Positions 37,903-47,450 are shown, numbered from the stretch's first letter. The stretch is 64,000 bases of DNA from Candidatus Tayloriibacteriota bacterium (GCA_028286665.1 JAQBRD010000012.1:841-64840); one strand, 5' to 3'. Numbers and translations are program-made. The notes: a model not told the origin generated them from the letters alone.

Positions 37903-38474
37903 AAAAAATCACCGTATTCAATTTCATAAGTGTCGACGGCTACTACGCGGGACCGAATGACGAGATCGATTGGTTCAAAGCGATCGGCAAGGATGCTGAA
38001 TATGATGCATATACGCATAGCCAGTCGAGCTCGAATCACACGCTCATGTTCGGGCATACGACGTACGATATGATGAAGAGCTTTTGGCCGACGCCGATGG
38101 CGATGGAGAGCGATCCGCATATGGCGAAGATCATGAATGAAAGCATGAAGATCGTCTTCTCGAAAGAGCTGCAGCACTCGGACGATATCCCGGGCTGGGA
38201 CGATGTCATCATCCTCCGCGATATCCGCGCCGAAGAGATCTTGAAGCTGAAGCGGGAATCGGCACATGATATCACGATCCTCGGCAGCGGCAGCATCGTG
38301 CAGCAGCTTTCGAACCTCGGCCTGATCGACAGCTATCAGCTCATGGTCGTTCCGATCGTGCTCGGTGCTGGCAAGAGCCTTTTTGCGAATGCGAAGAGCT
38401 TGAATCTGAAATTGCTCGAGGCGAAGTCGTTCAAGAACGGGGTCGTTTCGCTTCAGTACGAGCCGATGAGGTAG
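37899..38474 (+). CDS. dihydrofolate reductase-like (RibD C-terminal) protein
   Basis: SVDGYYAGP, FGHTTY, GSGSIVQQL, PIVLGAGK. Confidence 0.92.
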   Translation: MKKITVFNFISVDGYYAGPNDEIDWFKAIGKDAEYDAYTHSQSSSNHTLMFGHTTYDMMKSFWPTPMAMESDPHMAKIMNESMKIVFSKELQHSDDIPGWDDVIILRDIRAEEILKLKRESAHDITILGSGSIVQQLSNLGLIDSYQLMVVPIVLGAGKSLFANAKSLNLKLLEAKSFKNGVVSLQYEPMR

Positions 38475-38541
38475 ATTCCTGATCAGGAATCCAGAGCTTT
38501 GAAAGCGTGCCTGATATGCTATGCTTCATGCAATACGGCTT

Positions 38542-40296
38542 ATGAAAATATCTCTCGATTCCGCCCGCCATACCAAGCCTTTAGGCTTCTATCTCAAGGT
38601 AAACCGTCAGGACCTCGGCTGGTTCTTTGGCAATGCATCGCTGTATGCGCTCGGTCAGGTCATCATGCTCACGGCGACATACATGCTTGGCAGGACGATC
38701 GACGCGCTCTCGAATGACCCGACGCATGCAAAGTTTTTCGCATGGATGTTCATCGCTTGCGTCGTCGGCCATGAAGTCTCGTGGCGCTTCGGCCATATGT
38801 GCGAAATGCAGATACTCGGACGCATCCGCAGGAATTCGCAGAAGGCATTGTTCGATCACACGACATCGCTCTCATTCGGCTATTTCGCCGATCGTTTCGC
38901 GGGAGAGATCGCGCACAAGATCTCGAGCATCGCTGACAATTTCGAGCGCATGAATATCATCATGACCAACGGCTTCATCGAGGATAGCGTCCTCATTCCG
39001 CTTACCGCTATCGCTCTCGGCATGATCCATTGGTATTACGGAGCATTCGTCATCGTCTGGGGAATCGTCATGATTTTCGGCTCGCGGTTCCTCGCGAAAG
39101 AGATGAACCGCCGCTCAGAAAAGCTCGCTACCGAAGAGGCAAAGACCATAGGCACCATCGTCGATGTCTATGGAAATATCGGCACGGTGAAAGTATACGG
39201 GAAAGCAGGGGATGCGAACCGGGCGCATCTGCAGATAGATGCGGAACGCCGAGCGTATGCCCGATTCGGCTGGTGGGATGTCGTCATGTTCCATTTTCAA
39301 GGATGGTCGATCATCATTTTGTGCTCAGGACTCGTGCTCATCACGAGCATCTTGCACGGTCAGCATGCGATAACGGTAGGACAGATCGTATTCGTCTCGA
39401 CGGCAGGACTTCGACTTTTCAGCATGTCGTGGGAGATGGCACGCAATATCGCCGACTTCATCAGGTATCGCGGCGAATGTTCCCAGAATCTCGCTGATCT
39501 CGTAGTCGCACCCGCGATCATCGACGGCAATCACGCTCAGGCGCAAGGCAAGGAAGCGATCATTGTCCATTACGATCATATCGCATTCGGATATGTCGAG
39601 GAGCGTCCGATACTCGATGATTTTTCAATCACGATCAAGCCAGGCGAAAAAGTGGGCATCGTCGGACTCTCGGGAGCGGGGAAGACGACGTTCGCAAACC
39701 TCCTCCTTCGATTCTTCGATCCGCAATCAGGCACGATCCGCTTCAATGGCACTGATATCCGCAATTTTACCCAGGAATTCCTTCGTTCGCACATCTCGTA
39801 TATCTCACAGGATACATCTCTTTTTCATGCGACGATATCTGAAAACATTGCCTATGGTTCTTCGGCAGCATCTGAGGAGAATATCGAAACAGCTGCCCGG
39901 CTCGCATACGCCGACGATTTCATCATGAAGCTGCCGCACGGCTACAAGAGCATCGTCGGCGAGCGCGGAGTGAAGCTTTCTGGCGGACAACGCCAGCGGA
40001 TCGCCATCGCCCGCGCACTTCTCGCCGATCGGCCGATATTCCTCCTCGATGAAGCGACGAGCGCGCTCGATAGTGACAGCGAAGGGAAGATACAGAAAGG
40101 CCTCTCGATCCTCATGGAGAACAAGACGGTCATCGCCATCGCCCACCGCCTCTCGACGTTGTCTCATATGGATCGGATCATCTTCCTCGAAAATGGAAAG
40201 ATTGCCGAAGACGGAACTCATGAGCAGCTGCTTGCGCAGAAAGGCAGGTATGCCGCACTGTGGCAGATGCAGGCCGGTGGTTTCCTTCCAGCTTAG
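38542..40296 (+). CDS. ABC exporter, fused permease/ATPase
   Basis: 6 TMs, GLSGAGKTT, LSGGQRQR, LLDEATSALD. Confidence 0.95.
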   Translation: MKISLDSARHTKPLGFYLKVNRQDLGWFFGNASLYALGQVIMLTATYMLGRTIDALSNDPTHAKFFAWMFIACVVGHEVSWRFGHMCEMQILGRIRRNSQKALFDHTTSLSFGYFADRFAGEIAHKISSIADNFERMNIIMTNGFIEDSVLIPLTAIALGMIHWYYGAFVIVWGIVMIFGSRFLAKEMNRRSEKLATEEAKTIGTIVDVYGNIGTVKVYGKAGDANRAHLQIDAERRAYARFGWWDVVMFHFQGWSIIILCSGLVLITSILHGQHAITVGQIVFVSTAGLRLFSMSWEMARNIADFIRYRGECSQNLADLVVAPAIIDGNHAQAQGKEAIIVHYDHIAFGYVEERPILDDFSITIKPGEKVGIVGLSGAGKTTFANLLLRFFDPQSGTIRFNGTDIRNFTQEFLRSHISYISQDTSLFHATISENIAYGSSAASEENIETAARLAYADDFIMKLPHGYKSIVGERGVKLSGGQRQRIAIARALLADRPIFLLDEATSALDSDSEGKIQKGLSILMENKTVIAIAHRLSTLSHMDRIIFLENGKIAEDGTHEQLLAQKGRYAALWQMQAGGFLPA

Positions 40297-40315
40297 TTAA
40301 AAATAATAAAATACC

Positions 40316-40702
40316 ATGAACACCATCGCATATTTCGAAATACAGGCATCTGAACCTACGAAGGCCGTAGATTTCTATGGCGCAGTCTTCGGCTGGAAAT
40401 TCGCGAAGGAAGAACTTGTCCCGATCGAATACTATCGGATGACGGACACCGGCGGCGCAGGTATCATGGGTGCAATTCTCAAGCGTCCCGCAGCGACACC
40501 GCCGCTCGAATGTGGAACGAATGCTTTTACTTGTTCTGTGCAGGTTGAAAGTTTCGATCAGACAGCCGCAGTCATTCTCAAAAACGGCGGCCAGGTCGCG
40601 CTGCCGAAATTCGCCATTCCAGGCCGATGCTGGCAGGGCTATTTCATCGACATCGACCACAATGTCTTCGGCATATTCCAGGCAGACGAGCGTGCGAGAT
40701 AG
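40316..40702 (+). CDS. VOC/glyoxalase family protein
   Basis: YFEI, FYGAVFGW, GYFIDIDHNVFGI. Confidence 0.9.
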   Translation: MNTIAYFEIQASEPTKAVDFYGAVFGWKFAKEELVPIEYYRMTDTGGAGIMGAILKRPAATPPLECGTNAFTCSVQVESFDQTAAVILKNGGQVALPKFAIPGRCWQGYFIDIDHNVFGIFQADERAR

Positions 40703-40740
40703 TGCTTCCATTTTCAGGCGAGATTTGCCATACTTATTAT

Positions 40741-41127
40741 ATGAAACCAAAAACAATAAAAGTCACGTATTGGATCGCAACGGTTCTCTTCGCGCTCTTC
40801 ATGGTATTCTCGGGAGTTTCTGAACTCATGATGACTGAAGAAGGAAAGCAGATCATGATCCATCTCGGATATCCGATCTACATGCTGTACATGCTCGGCA
40901 TCGCGAAGATCCTCGGCACGATCGCGCTTCTGCAGACGAAGTATCAGGTCATCAAAGAATGGGCGTACGCCGGTTTCGCGATCGATATTCTCAGTGCTTC
41001 CATTTCAATGTTTTTCGTGGGAGATAATGTCGGCTTGTCTCTCATGCCGCTCATCTTCCTCGTCGTCATGTTCATCTCGTACGGCTTCTGGAAGAAAATG
41101 GAACGGTTGAAGACTGCATCCGTGTAA
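40741..41127 (+). CDS. DoxX-like membrane protein
   Basis: HLGYP, KEWAYAGF. Confidence 0.88.
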   Translation: MKPKTIKVTYWIATVLFALFMVFSGVSELMMTEEGKQIMIHLGYPIYMLYMLGIAKILGTIALLQTKYQVIKEWAYAGFAIDILSASISMFFVGDNVGLSLMPLIFLVVMFISYGFWKKMERLKTASV

Positions 41128-41160
41128 TGATGCATTTATTCTGTCGGCCTCTTCGTATTC

Positions 41161-43803
41161 ATGGATACGACCGCCAGCAGACAACCTTTTCTTGTCGACG
41201 TGCTCGGCAGAAGGCAGAAAATCCACTTGCGGGTTCTCATAACTCTCTGGCTGTTGAGCGTATCCGCATTCTGGATCTGGTGGCTGTCACCGCTGCATAT
41301 GGGAGACATGGCAAGGTTTGCGATAAACACCGTCATCCTGGCATGGAATTCGCTGCTGCCCGGTTTCTATTTTTATTTCCTGAACCGGATGAAGAAGCAG
41401 AATCCGGATCTGAAGATTCCTCGGCATTGGAGGATCGCCATGGTCGTCACCCGCGCTCCGTCGGAGCCTTTCGAACTCGTGAAGAAGACGCTCATCTCCA
41501 TGAAATTGCAGGACTTGCCGCATGATACGTGGTTGGCTGACGAGGATCCTACTCTTGAAATACGAGAGTGGTGCGCGAAGCACGGAATATGCATCTCGAC
41601 ACGCAAAGGGAATGCCGAATATTATCAGCAGAATTGGCCGAGAAGGGAGAAGTGCAAGGAGGGCAATCTCGCCTATTTCTACGATCATTACGGCTATCGG
41701 AGATATGATTTCGTGTCGCAGCTCGATGCGGATCATGTTCCAAGTCCGGGCTATCTGCATGAAATGATCTTGCCGTTCGTCGATCCGAAAGTCGGGTACG
41801 TTTCGGCGCCGAGCATATGCGATGTGAATGCACAGGGAAGCTGGGCCGCCCGCGGGCGGCTTTTCGCCGAGGCGACGCTTCACGGAACGCTTCAGGCCGG
41901 ATACACCAATGGCTGGGCGCCGCTTTGCATCGGCTCTCATTATGCGGTGCGCACGGAAGCGCTGAGCGAAATCGGAGGACTCGGCCCGGAGCTCGCCGAA
42001 GATCATTCGACCACGCTCATGATGAATGCCTTCGGCTGGAAGGGAGTCCATGCGCTGAATGCTGAAGCGCATGGCGATGGCCCGACCACTTTCATGGATT
42101 CGATGACGCAGGAATTCCAGTGGGCGAGGAGCCTCGTCATGCTCCTGCTTACAGTCACTCCGGGATGCTGGAAGCGCCTCACTCCGAAATTCCGATTCCA
42201 GTTCATTTTCTCGCAGCTCTGGTATCCTATTTTCGGAGTACTGATGCTTGCGGCATACATGTCTCCGCTGGTAGCGGTCATGACCGGCGTACCGTGGGTG
42301 CATATTTCATATATTCAATTTCTCGCCTATTCTTTCTTTCCGTTCACGACCGCTCTGCTCGTCGTCGCTTGGGTGAGGAGACAGCATCTGATGCGTCCGG
42401 CCGATGTGAAAATATTGAGCTGGGAAGGCGCAATCTTCCAGCTCGTCCGATGGCCGTGGGTGCTATGGGCGACATGCGATGCTATCCGCACTGCGGTCTT
42501 CAAGAAGAAATGCGTCTGGCGCATCACTCCCAAGGGCCGAGTCGAAGAGGTCGCGATTTCCCTCAAGGCAATATGGCCGTACGCATCGATAGTCTGCCTC
42601 TCCGGCCTGAGCGTGCTTCTCGCGGTGAGGAACCCTGAGATAAAGGGATATTACTGGTTCGCCTTCATCAATTGCTTCGCATATCTCGCCTGCATCGGGA
42701 TCATCATCGTCCGGCATGTGTTCGAAAATAAGATAGCGATGAATTTCAGGAACGTTTTCCTGCGATGGGGGAAACATCTCGTCATGATGCTCATCCTGAT
42801 GTTCCTCACCGGCTCGGCAGTGTACGTGCATGGAGAAGACGCGTGGAGCGGAATCACTTGGAATAGCGGCTCGATCCTCAACTGCCGGAACTTTTCTTCC
42901 ATCTGCGAGCTCGGCGGGACGACGACGCTGGTTGCTGAAAAGAATCGCATCGGATTCGGCGCATACGATCCATCGGAAGTCTTTCAGGGCAAGCAGTTGG
43001 CCATCGAGCACGTATTCATTTCCTGGAATTCGTATGGGAAAGGCAGCATCGCGCGCGATCTCGCTGGAATCGAAGGCCGCGGAAGAGAGCCGCTTCTGAC
43101 CATCGAGCCGTGGCTGGATCCGTCGGTGAGCAGCAGCACGGATGTGCTGAGCGATGTCGCAGCCGGAATATACGATAGCAAGATCAATGACATGTGTTCT
43201 GAAATAGCAGCTTCCGAAGCTCCCGTATTCGTCCGTTGGGGACATGAAATGGAAACGATAAGCAACCGAAGCCGTTATCCGTGGGCAGTCGAAGATGCGC
43301 CGAAGTATCAGCGGGCGTATCGGCATTTCGTAGAGCAATGCAGGGCAAGCGCGAAGAATGTCCTCTATGTCTGGTCGCCGGCTGGAGATAAGGGTTTGGA
43401 AAGATATTGGCCTGGCTCCGAGTATGTCGATTCCGTCGGAATCTCTATCTATGGATTCCCGGAGTGGGATCTGCATTATTTCAAGAAAGTCCGCTCATTC
43501 GCGGAGATAATGAAGGAAAAATATGCCCGAGTCGAAAAGTATCGGAAGCCGATAATGATCGCGGAGCTCGGCGTGGCAGGCGACAAGGCGCATCAGCTCA
43601 CATGGATGCTCATCGCGCTCGACGAGCTGCGCGGCTTTCCGCTCGTCACGAATGCGGTATATTTCAATTCTCTGGATAATCCGAAGGCTTGGGGCGATGG
43701 CTATTCGACGCCGGACTGGAGCATGGATCCGAAAGCCTTTCCCACGACGATGCCGATCACTGCGCCGATGATCGCTCCTGCAGCGAACTCCGAGAACCAG
43801 TGA
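41161..43803 (+). CDS. GT2 processive glycosyltransferase fused to a GH26-like glycoside hydrolase
   Basis: KEGNL, DADH, AEDH, QEFQW (QxxRW variant); C-terminal RWGHEM, WSPAG, IAELG. Confidence 0.85.
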   Translation: MDTTASRQPFLVDVLGRRQKIHLRVLITLWLLSVSAFWIWWLSPLHMGDMARFAINTVILAWNSLLPGFYFYFLNRMKKQNPDLKIPRHWRIAMVVTRAPSEPFELVKKTLISMKLQDLPHDTWLADEDPTLEIREWCAKHGICISTRKGNAEYYQQNWPRREKCKEGNLAYFYDHYGYRRYDFVSQLDADHVPSPGYLHEMILPFVDPKVGYVSAPSICDVNAQGSWAARGRLFAEATLHGTLQAGYTNGWAPLCIGSHYAVRTEALSEIGGLGPELAEDHSTTLMMNAFGWKGVHALNAEAHGDGPTTFMDSMTQEFQWARSLVMLLLTVTPGCWKRLTPKFRFQFIFSQLWYPIFGVLMLAAYMSPLVAVMTGVPWVHISYIQFLAYSFFPFTTALLVVAWVRRQHLMRPADVKILSWEGAIFQLVRWPWVLWATCDAIRTAVFKKKCVWRITPKGRVEEVAISLKAIWPYASIVCLSGLSVLLAVRNPEIKGYYWFAFINCFAYLACIGIIIVRHVFENKIAMNFRNVFLRWGKHLVMMLILMFLTGSAVYVHGEDAWSGITWNSGSILNCRNFSSICELGGTTTLVAEKNRIGFGAYDPSEVFQGKQLAIEHVFISWNSYGKGSIARDLAGIEGRGREPLLTIEPWLDPSVSSSTDVLSDVAAGIYDSKINDMCSEIAASEAPVFVRWGHEMETISNRSRYPWAVEDAPKYQRAYRHFVEQCRASAKNVLYVWSPAGDKGLERYWPGSEYVDSVGISIYGFPEWDLHYFKKVRSFAEIMKEKYARVEKYRKPIMIAELGVAGDKAHQLTWMLIALDELRGFPLVTNAVYFNSLDNPKAWGDGYSTPDWSMDPKAFPTTMPITAPMIAPAANSENQ

Positions 43804-44390
43804 ATGCTCATCGAGACGCCGAAGCCGATATAGAAAGCATAGAGCAATGCGCCGCATCGCGCGATAGCGCGCTGCCGAGCGCTCGCGCTTTTCGGATAGA
43901 CATATATGAATGCGAAAGCCATGGCGAAGGCGATCGTCGTGTGCGATGACGGCCAGCCCCAGAATACGCCGTGCTTCAGCAAGCCGAAATTAAAATTGCC
44001 GCTGATGTCGGTGATGACGTTATGGATATCCGGCTGCACTCTGCCGGTGAGGGCTTTGTATGCGGATGAAATGACCGAACCGATGATCGCTGCTTGCGCA
44101 AGCGCATATCCGGCATTCAGTGCAGCGGTTGATCCCGATGCGCGCTTCCGCAGCCAGCCGATCGCGAGCATGCAGATCGGCACTATGATCGGAACAAGTC
44201 CGCCGATAACGACCGCAGGGAAGAATATGCGATCGAGTCCGCTGCTTCTCGTTGCAAGGAAATATTGCCAGTCGAAACCGCTCGCCACGATGATATAGGT
44301 GAGCGCGATCGCAGCGAGATGCCATGGCAGATTGCGCATTGAGAAGCAGCGGATGATATTTCGGGGAAGCGAATAGAGGAATCTTTTCAT
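43701..44390 (-). CDS. PAP2 family phosphatase
   Basis: K..TGRVQP, PSSH, IHWFSE motifs. Confidence 0.85.
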   Translation of the reverse strand: MKRFLYSLPRNIIRCFSMRNLPWHLAAIALTYIIVASGFDWQYFLATRSSGLDRIFFPAVVIGGLVPIIVPICMLAIGWLRKRASGSTAALNAGYALAQAAIIGSVISSAYKALTGRVQPDIHNVITDISGNFNFGLLKHGVFWGWPSSHTTIAFAMAFAFIYVYPKSASARQRAIARCGALLYAFYIGFGVSMSIHWFSEFAAGAIIGAVIGIVVGKAFGSMLQSGVE

Positions 44391-44411
44391 TAGGCAAGTA
44401 TAGCAACAAAT

Positions 44412-44440
44412 AAAAAACTTCCAGCCGGGATGGCGGGAAG
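44412..44440 (-). terminator. terminator of the tRNA-like RNA
   Basis: CTTCCCGCC-ATCCC-GGCTGGAAG-TTTTTT on the minus strand. Confidence 0.75.
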
Positions 44441-44600
44441 TGGTGCAGGAGGCGGGAATCGAACCCGCATGGATGGGGGGTCACACCCTTTGAAGGAAGC
44501 TAGAAGAAGTAGTCAAAAACCTTCATCGGTAGCAATTTAGCCGTCCCGCTTGCGCGTGCATCAACGCAGTTGATGTGCTCTGCCGTTAAGCTACTCCTGC
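44441..44600 (-). ncRNA. 160-nt tRNA-like RNA with a large structured insert
   Basis: GCAGGAG/CTCCTGC-A-CCA acceptor, GCTT-AACGGCA-GAGC D arm, GCGGG-TTCGATT-CCCGC T arm; about 85 extra nt; own promoter and terminator. Confidence 0.75.
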
Positions 44601-44612
44601 ATCTTCCATGGA

Positions 44613-44642
44613 AACATACCCTACGTGTAACTATATGTCAAT
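44613..44642 (-). promoter_or_regulatory. sigma70 promoter of the tRNA-like RNA
   Basis: TTGACA-17 nt-TATGTT on the minus strand. Confidence 0.65.
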
Positions 44643-44679
44643 GGATATCATTGAGTAAGCTGCCTGCTATAATGAGCCG

Positions 44680-45723
44680 ATGAAACAGATCCTAAAAAGC
44701 GCATTTGTATTGCTTGCCATCGCGACCTTCTTCCGCATCAGCGTTCCGCAGGTTTCAGCTCATGAGGTATATGTACTCGATCATTCAGAAATAAATACCG
44801 CCATGCAGGCGCCGCGTCCCGATTTCATGCAGAGCATGCGGGATCACCTCGGACAGTTCATCGTATGGGGCCTGATCTTCACGATCCTGATTCTCATTGT
44901 CTTCTACGTATCGATAAGCCGTCCCATCGAGCGCCTCATCGATCCTGCGCTCATGTATCTGAAGAAATTCGCTCCGCACGTAGCTCAGGCGACCCTCGGC
45001 CTCGCGCTCATGGCAAGCGGCTACTATCATGCGGTCTTCGGAATCGAAATTCCGCTCGGTCCGACATTCGGCTCGCTCGAGCATCTCGTCTCATTCTGCC
45101 TCATCGTCGCCGGCGCGATGCTCGCGTTCGGGCTTTTCCCCCGGATCGCAGCGATGTTCACGGTCGCGTTCTTCATCGGCCTCGCAGTCCATTTCGGAGC
45201 ATACATGCTCAATTACGCGACGTATCTCGGAGAAGCGATCACCATCGCGATCTTCGGCGGGGCGCATACGATCTTCGCGAATAAGCGGCTGTCGCAGATC
45301 GCTGCGCGAGTCATCAGTCCTTCATTTCATGCGTACAAGTTCCTGATCATGCGCGTCCTTTTCGGGTCCTCGCTCATCTATGCCTCGGTATATGCGAAAT
45401 TCATCCATGGCGCGCTCGCGCTCGAAGTCGTCTCGAAATACAATCTGACGCATTATTTCCCGTTCGATCCGGTCTTCCTCGTGCTCGGCGCGATGCTCAC
45501 CGAAATACTCCTCGGAGTCTGCTTCGCGATCGGATTCGAGATTCGCTTCGCTTCGCTTTTCTTCCTCGCATTCCTCTCGATGTCGCTCGTCTTCTTCGGT
45601 GAAGCTGTCTGGCCGCATATCATCCTCATCGGAACTGCGCTCGCCATGTTCCTTCACGGATATGATCGCTTTACATTCTCTGTGCAGATGGAGAAGGACA
45701 AGAGCCTCGAGCCGGTGCTCTAG
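44680..45723 (+). CDS. DoxX-family multi-TM membrane protein
   Basis: Signal peptide, AHEVYV, two DoxX-like TM bundles. Confidence 0.75.
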   Translation: MKQILKSAFVLLAIATFFRISVPQVSAHEVYVLDHSEINTAMQAPRPDFMQSMRDHLGQFIVWGLIFTILILIVFYVSISRPIERLIDPALMYLKKFAPHVAQATLGLALMASGYYHAVFGIEIPLGPTFGSLEHLVSFCLIVAGAMLAFGLFPRIAAMFTVAFFIGLAVHFGAYMLNYATYLGEAITIAIFGGAHTIFANKRLSQIAARVISPSFHAYKFLIMRVLFGSSLIYASVYAKFIHGALALEVVSKYNLTHYFPFDPVFLVLGAMLTEILLGVCFAIGFEIRFASLFFLAFLSMSLVFFGEAVWPHIILIGTALAMFLHGYDRFTFSVQMEKDKSLEPVL

Positions 45724-45787
45724 CGAGAAAGTCCAGCTCTGGATAACTCGCGTGTACGTTTCCTTGCGAATAGGCTATACTTATCTC

Positions 45788-45889
45788 ATGCCACGAAGAA
45801 CAACAACACCAAAGAAGGCATCTCGATCGAAGAAGACGAAGAAGCGTCTCGCGACCAAGAAAGCGCGTTTGGCAGCAAAGAAGAAATAG
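45788..45889 (+). CDS. 33-aa highly basic peptide
   Basis: MPRRTTTPKKASRSKKTKKRLATKKARLAAKKK; TATACT 6 nt upstream; hairpin downstream. Confidence 0.65.
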   Translation: MPRRTTTPKKASRSKKTKKRLATKKARLAAKKK

Positions 45890-45948
45890 TTTTGTTTCAA
45901 AATGGCTAGTTGGACGAGAATGGAGCCCCAAAGGCTTCATTTTCGTAT

Positions 45949-46524
45949 CTACTCGCGAACGATCTTGAGGCCCCACTTGGTCGCGTTCGGGAGACGTTCT
46001 TTTTTTGAAACTCTCAATTGATAGAAAGCGAATACGGTCGTCGTCACAGTCGCAAAGCCTTTGAATATGACCCACTCATCAGGCGTGAGCGATATGCGGG
46101 CGATCTCATTGGCGATCGTGAGCAGGGTGAAAAGCACCGCCCATCGGAGCGACATGATCTTCCAGCCGCGATCGCTTATCGAGAAGACTTCCTTGAAGAG
46201 CGGCTTCAGGAGCGGATGCCCGAAATAAAGTCCGGTGAAGAGGACGATGGCGAAAGCTGCATTGTAGATCGTGTCTTTGATAATGAAGAAGAACGGGCTG
46301 TCGAGGATGATCGTGAGGAGTCCGAAGCCGATGATGCTTGCGCTCACGATGACGGGGAACCATGCGAGCTCTCTCCGCTCGATATATCCGACGACGAGGG
46401 CCATCGCGGTGAGCGCGACGAAGATCGCTGTCGCTTTCACGAAGCTGAGCAATTCCGAGGCGATGAGGAAGGCGAGGATCGGCCCGAATTCGATCGAGAG
46501 GTTCAGTATCAGCTTGTTTTTCAT
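45949..46524 (-). CDS. YciB/IspZ (intracellular septation protein A) family
   Basis: EFGP...F, ATAIF, FFIIKDTI, W..F. Confidence 0.85.
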   Translation of the reverse strand: MKNKLILNLSIEFGPILAFLIASELLSFVKATAIFVALTAMALVVGYIERRELAWFPVIVSASIIGFGLLTIILDSPFFFIIKDTIYNAAFAIVLFTGLYFGHPLLKPLFKEVFSISDRGWKIMSLRWAVLFTLLTIANEIARISLTPDEWVIFKGFATVTTTVFAFYQLRVSKKERLPNATKWGLKIVRE

Positions 46525-46605
46525 AAAAAATACAATACCATACTATCATGAGTATGGCAATATATGTCATTTCGCATTCGTGTGAGATGTAGTACTATGG
46601 ATCTC

Positions 46606-47199
46606 ATGAAGAAGACCTACGAAATCCTCGGCGAAATGCTCAAGCTCAATCCATCGATCACGCACCTCTGCCTGCGGCTGTACGAAAGCAAGACCGGTCT
46701 CGCTGCGACGCATGACGATGCGTTCCGGTATGAATGGATCAGCACTGATCTCGCCTCGGATGTTTCAGAAATCAGCGCGCTCATATCTGAGTTCGAAAAG
46801 GAGGGCTGGACAGTCGGCCTTGCGAGCATGGTCATGACGACCGAGGGCATCATGCACCTGCTCATGCTCGACTATCTCGTCGCGCCATCGGCCAATGCTG
46901 AAGGCGATCTCGCGTGGAAGCTCTCGACCTTCAATCAGAGCGGCGACGTGAACTATCGAATGGACGGCTATCTCATACGAACGAAGAATTCATATCATTA
47001 CCTGAGCAAGTACATCACGACCGAAGCGAATTTCATCAACTTCCTCGGCAGCGCGCTCTTATTCCGGCATTCTGAAGAAGGCGAGTCGCACATCGTCGAT
47101 GACATCTGGCTCGGCCGATCCATCAAGCGGCGTTTCGGCACCATCCGCCTCGGCAAAAAAGAAGGAATCTATCCCACGGTCGCAAGCGAGGTGAAATGA
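46606..47199 (+). CDS. hypothetical protein resembling divergent AEP (primase 1D-like) proteins
   Basis: HLLMLDY...SYHY...FLGSALL...DDIWLG pattern, recalled from memory. Confidence 0.45.
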   Translation: MKKTYEILGEMLKLNPSITHLCLRLYESKTGLAATHDDAFRYEWISTDLASDVSEISALISEFEKEGWTVGLASMVMTTEGIMHLLMLDYLVAPSANAEGDLAWKLSTFNQSGDVNYRMDGYLIRTKNSYHYLSKYITTEANFINFLGSALLFRHSEEGESHIVDDIWLGRSIKRRFGTIRLGKKEGIYPTVASEVK

Positions 47200-47318
47200 A
47201 TTATTCTGAATTGAAATACTGAAACTGTCGAGTTGTGGATAACTGTTTGCATTTCAATCGTCAAAGAGTAGACTGTATTCAGTATATTTTCCCTGTTCTT
47301 CAAAGAAGAATATTTGTC

Positions 47319-47374
47319 AGTGGTCGTGGATTTCGGTGCGGGTCAGTCAGCGCGCTTCGAAATCCACGACCACT
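47319..47374 (+). promoter_or_regulatory. long leader hairpin
   Basis: 17-bp perfect stem AGTGGTCGTGGATTTCG/CGAAATCCACGACCACT. Confidence 0.6.
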
Positions 47375-47450
47375 TCAGACATTTCACGTTAGTGAGATTG
47401 CGACTGAAAGGGTCGTGGAAAAAACAAGTAGTTGCGGTGTTTCAAATACA

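Noticed and set aside
44441-44600. tmRNA or ordinary tRNA-Ala(UGC)
   Set aside because: No G3:U70 pair, a D stem is present, no tag ORF, non-canonical anticodon loop and a large insert
47234-47242. Replication origin
   Set aside because: Single perfect DnaA box with no cluster, no AT-rich unwinding element and no dnaA/dnaN nearby
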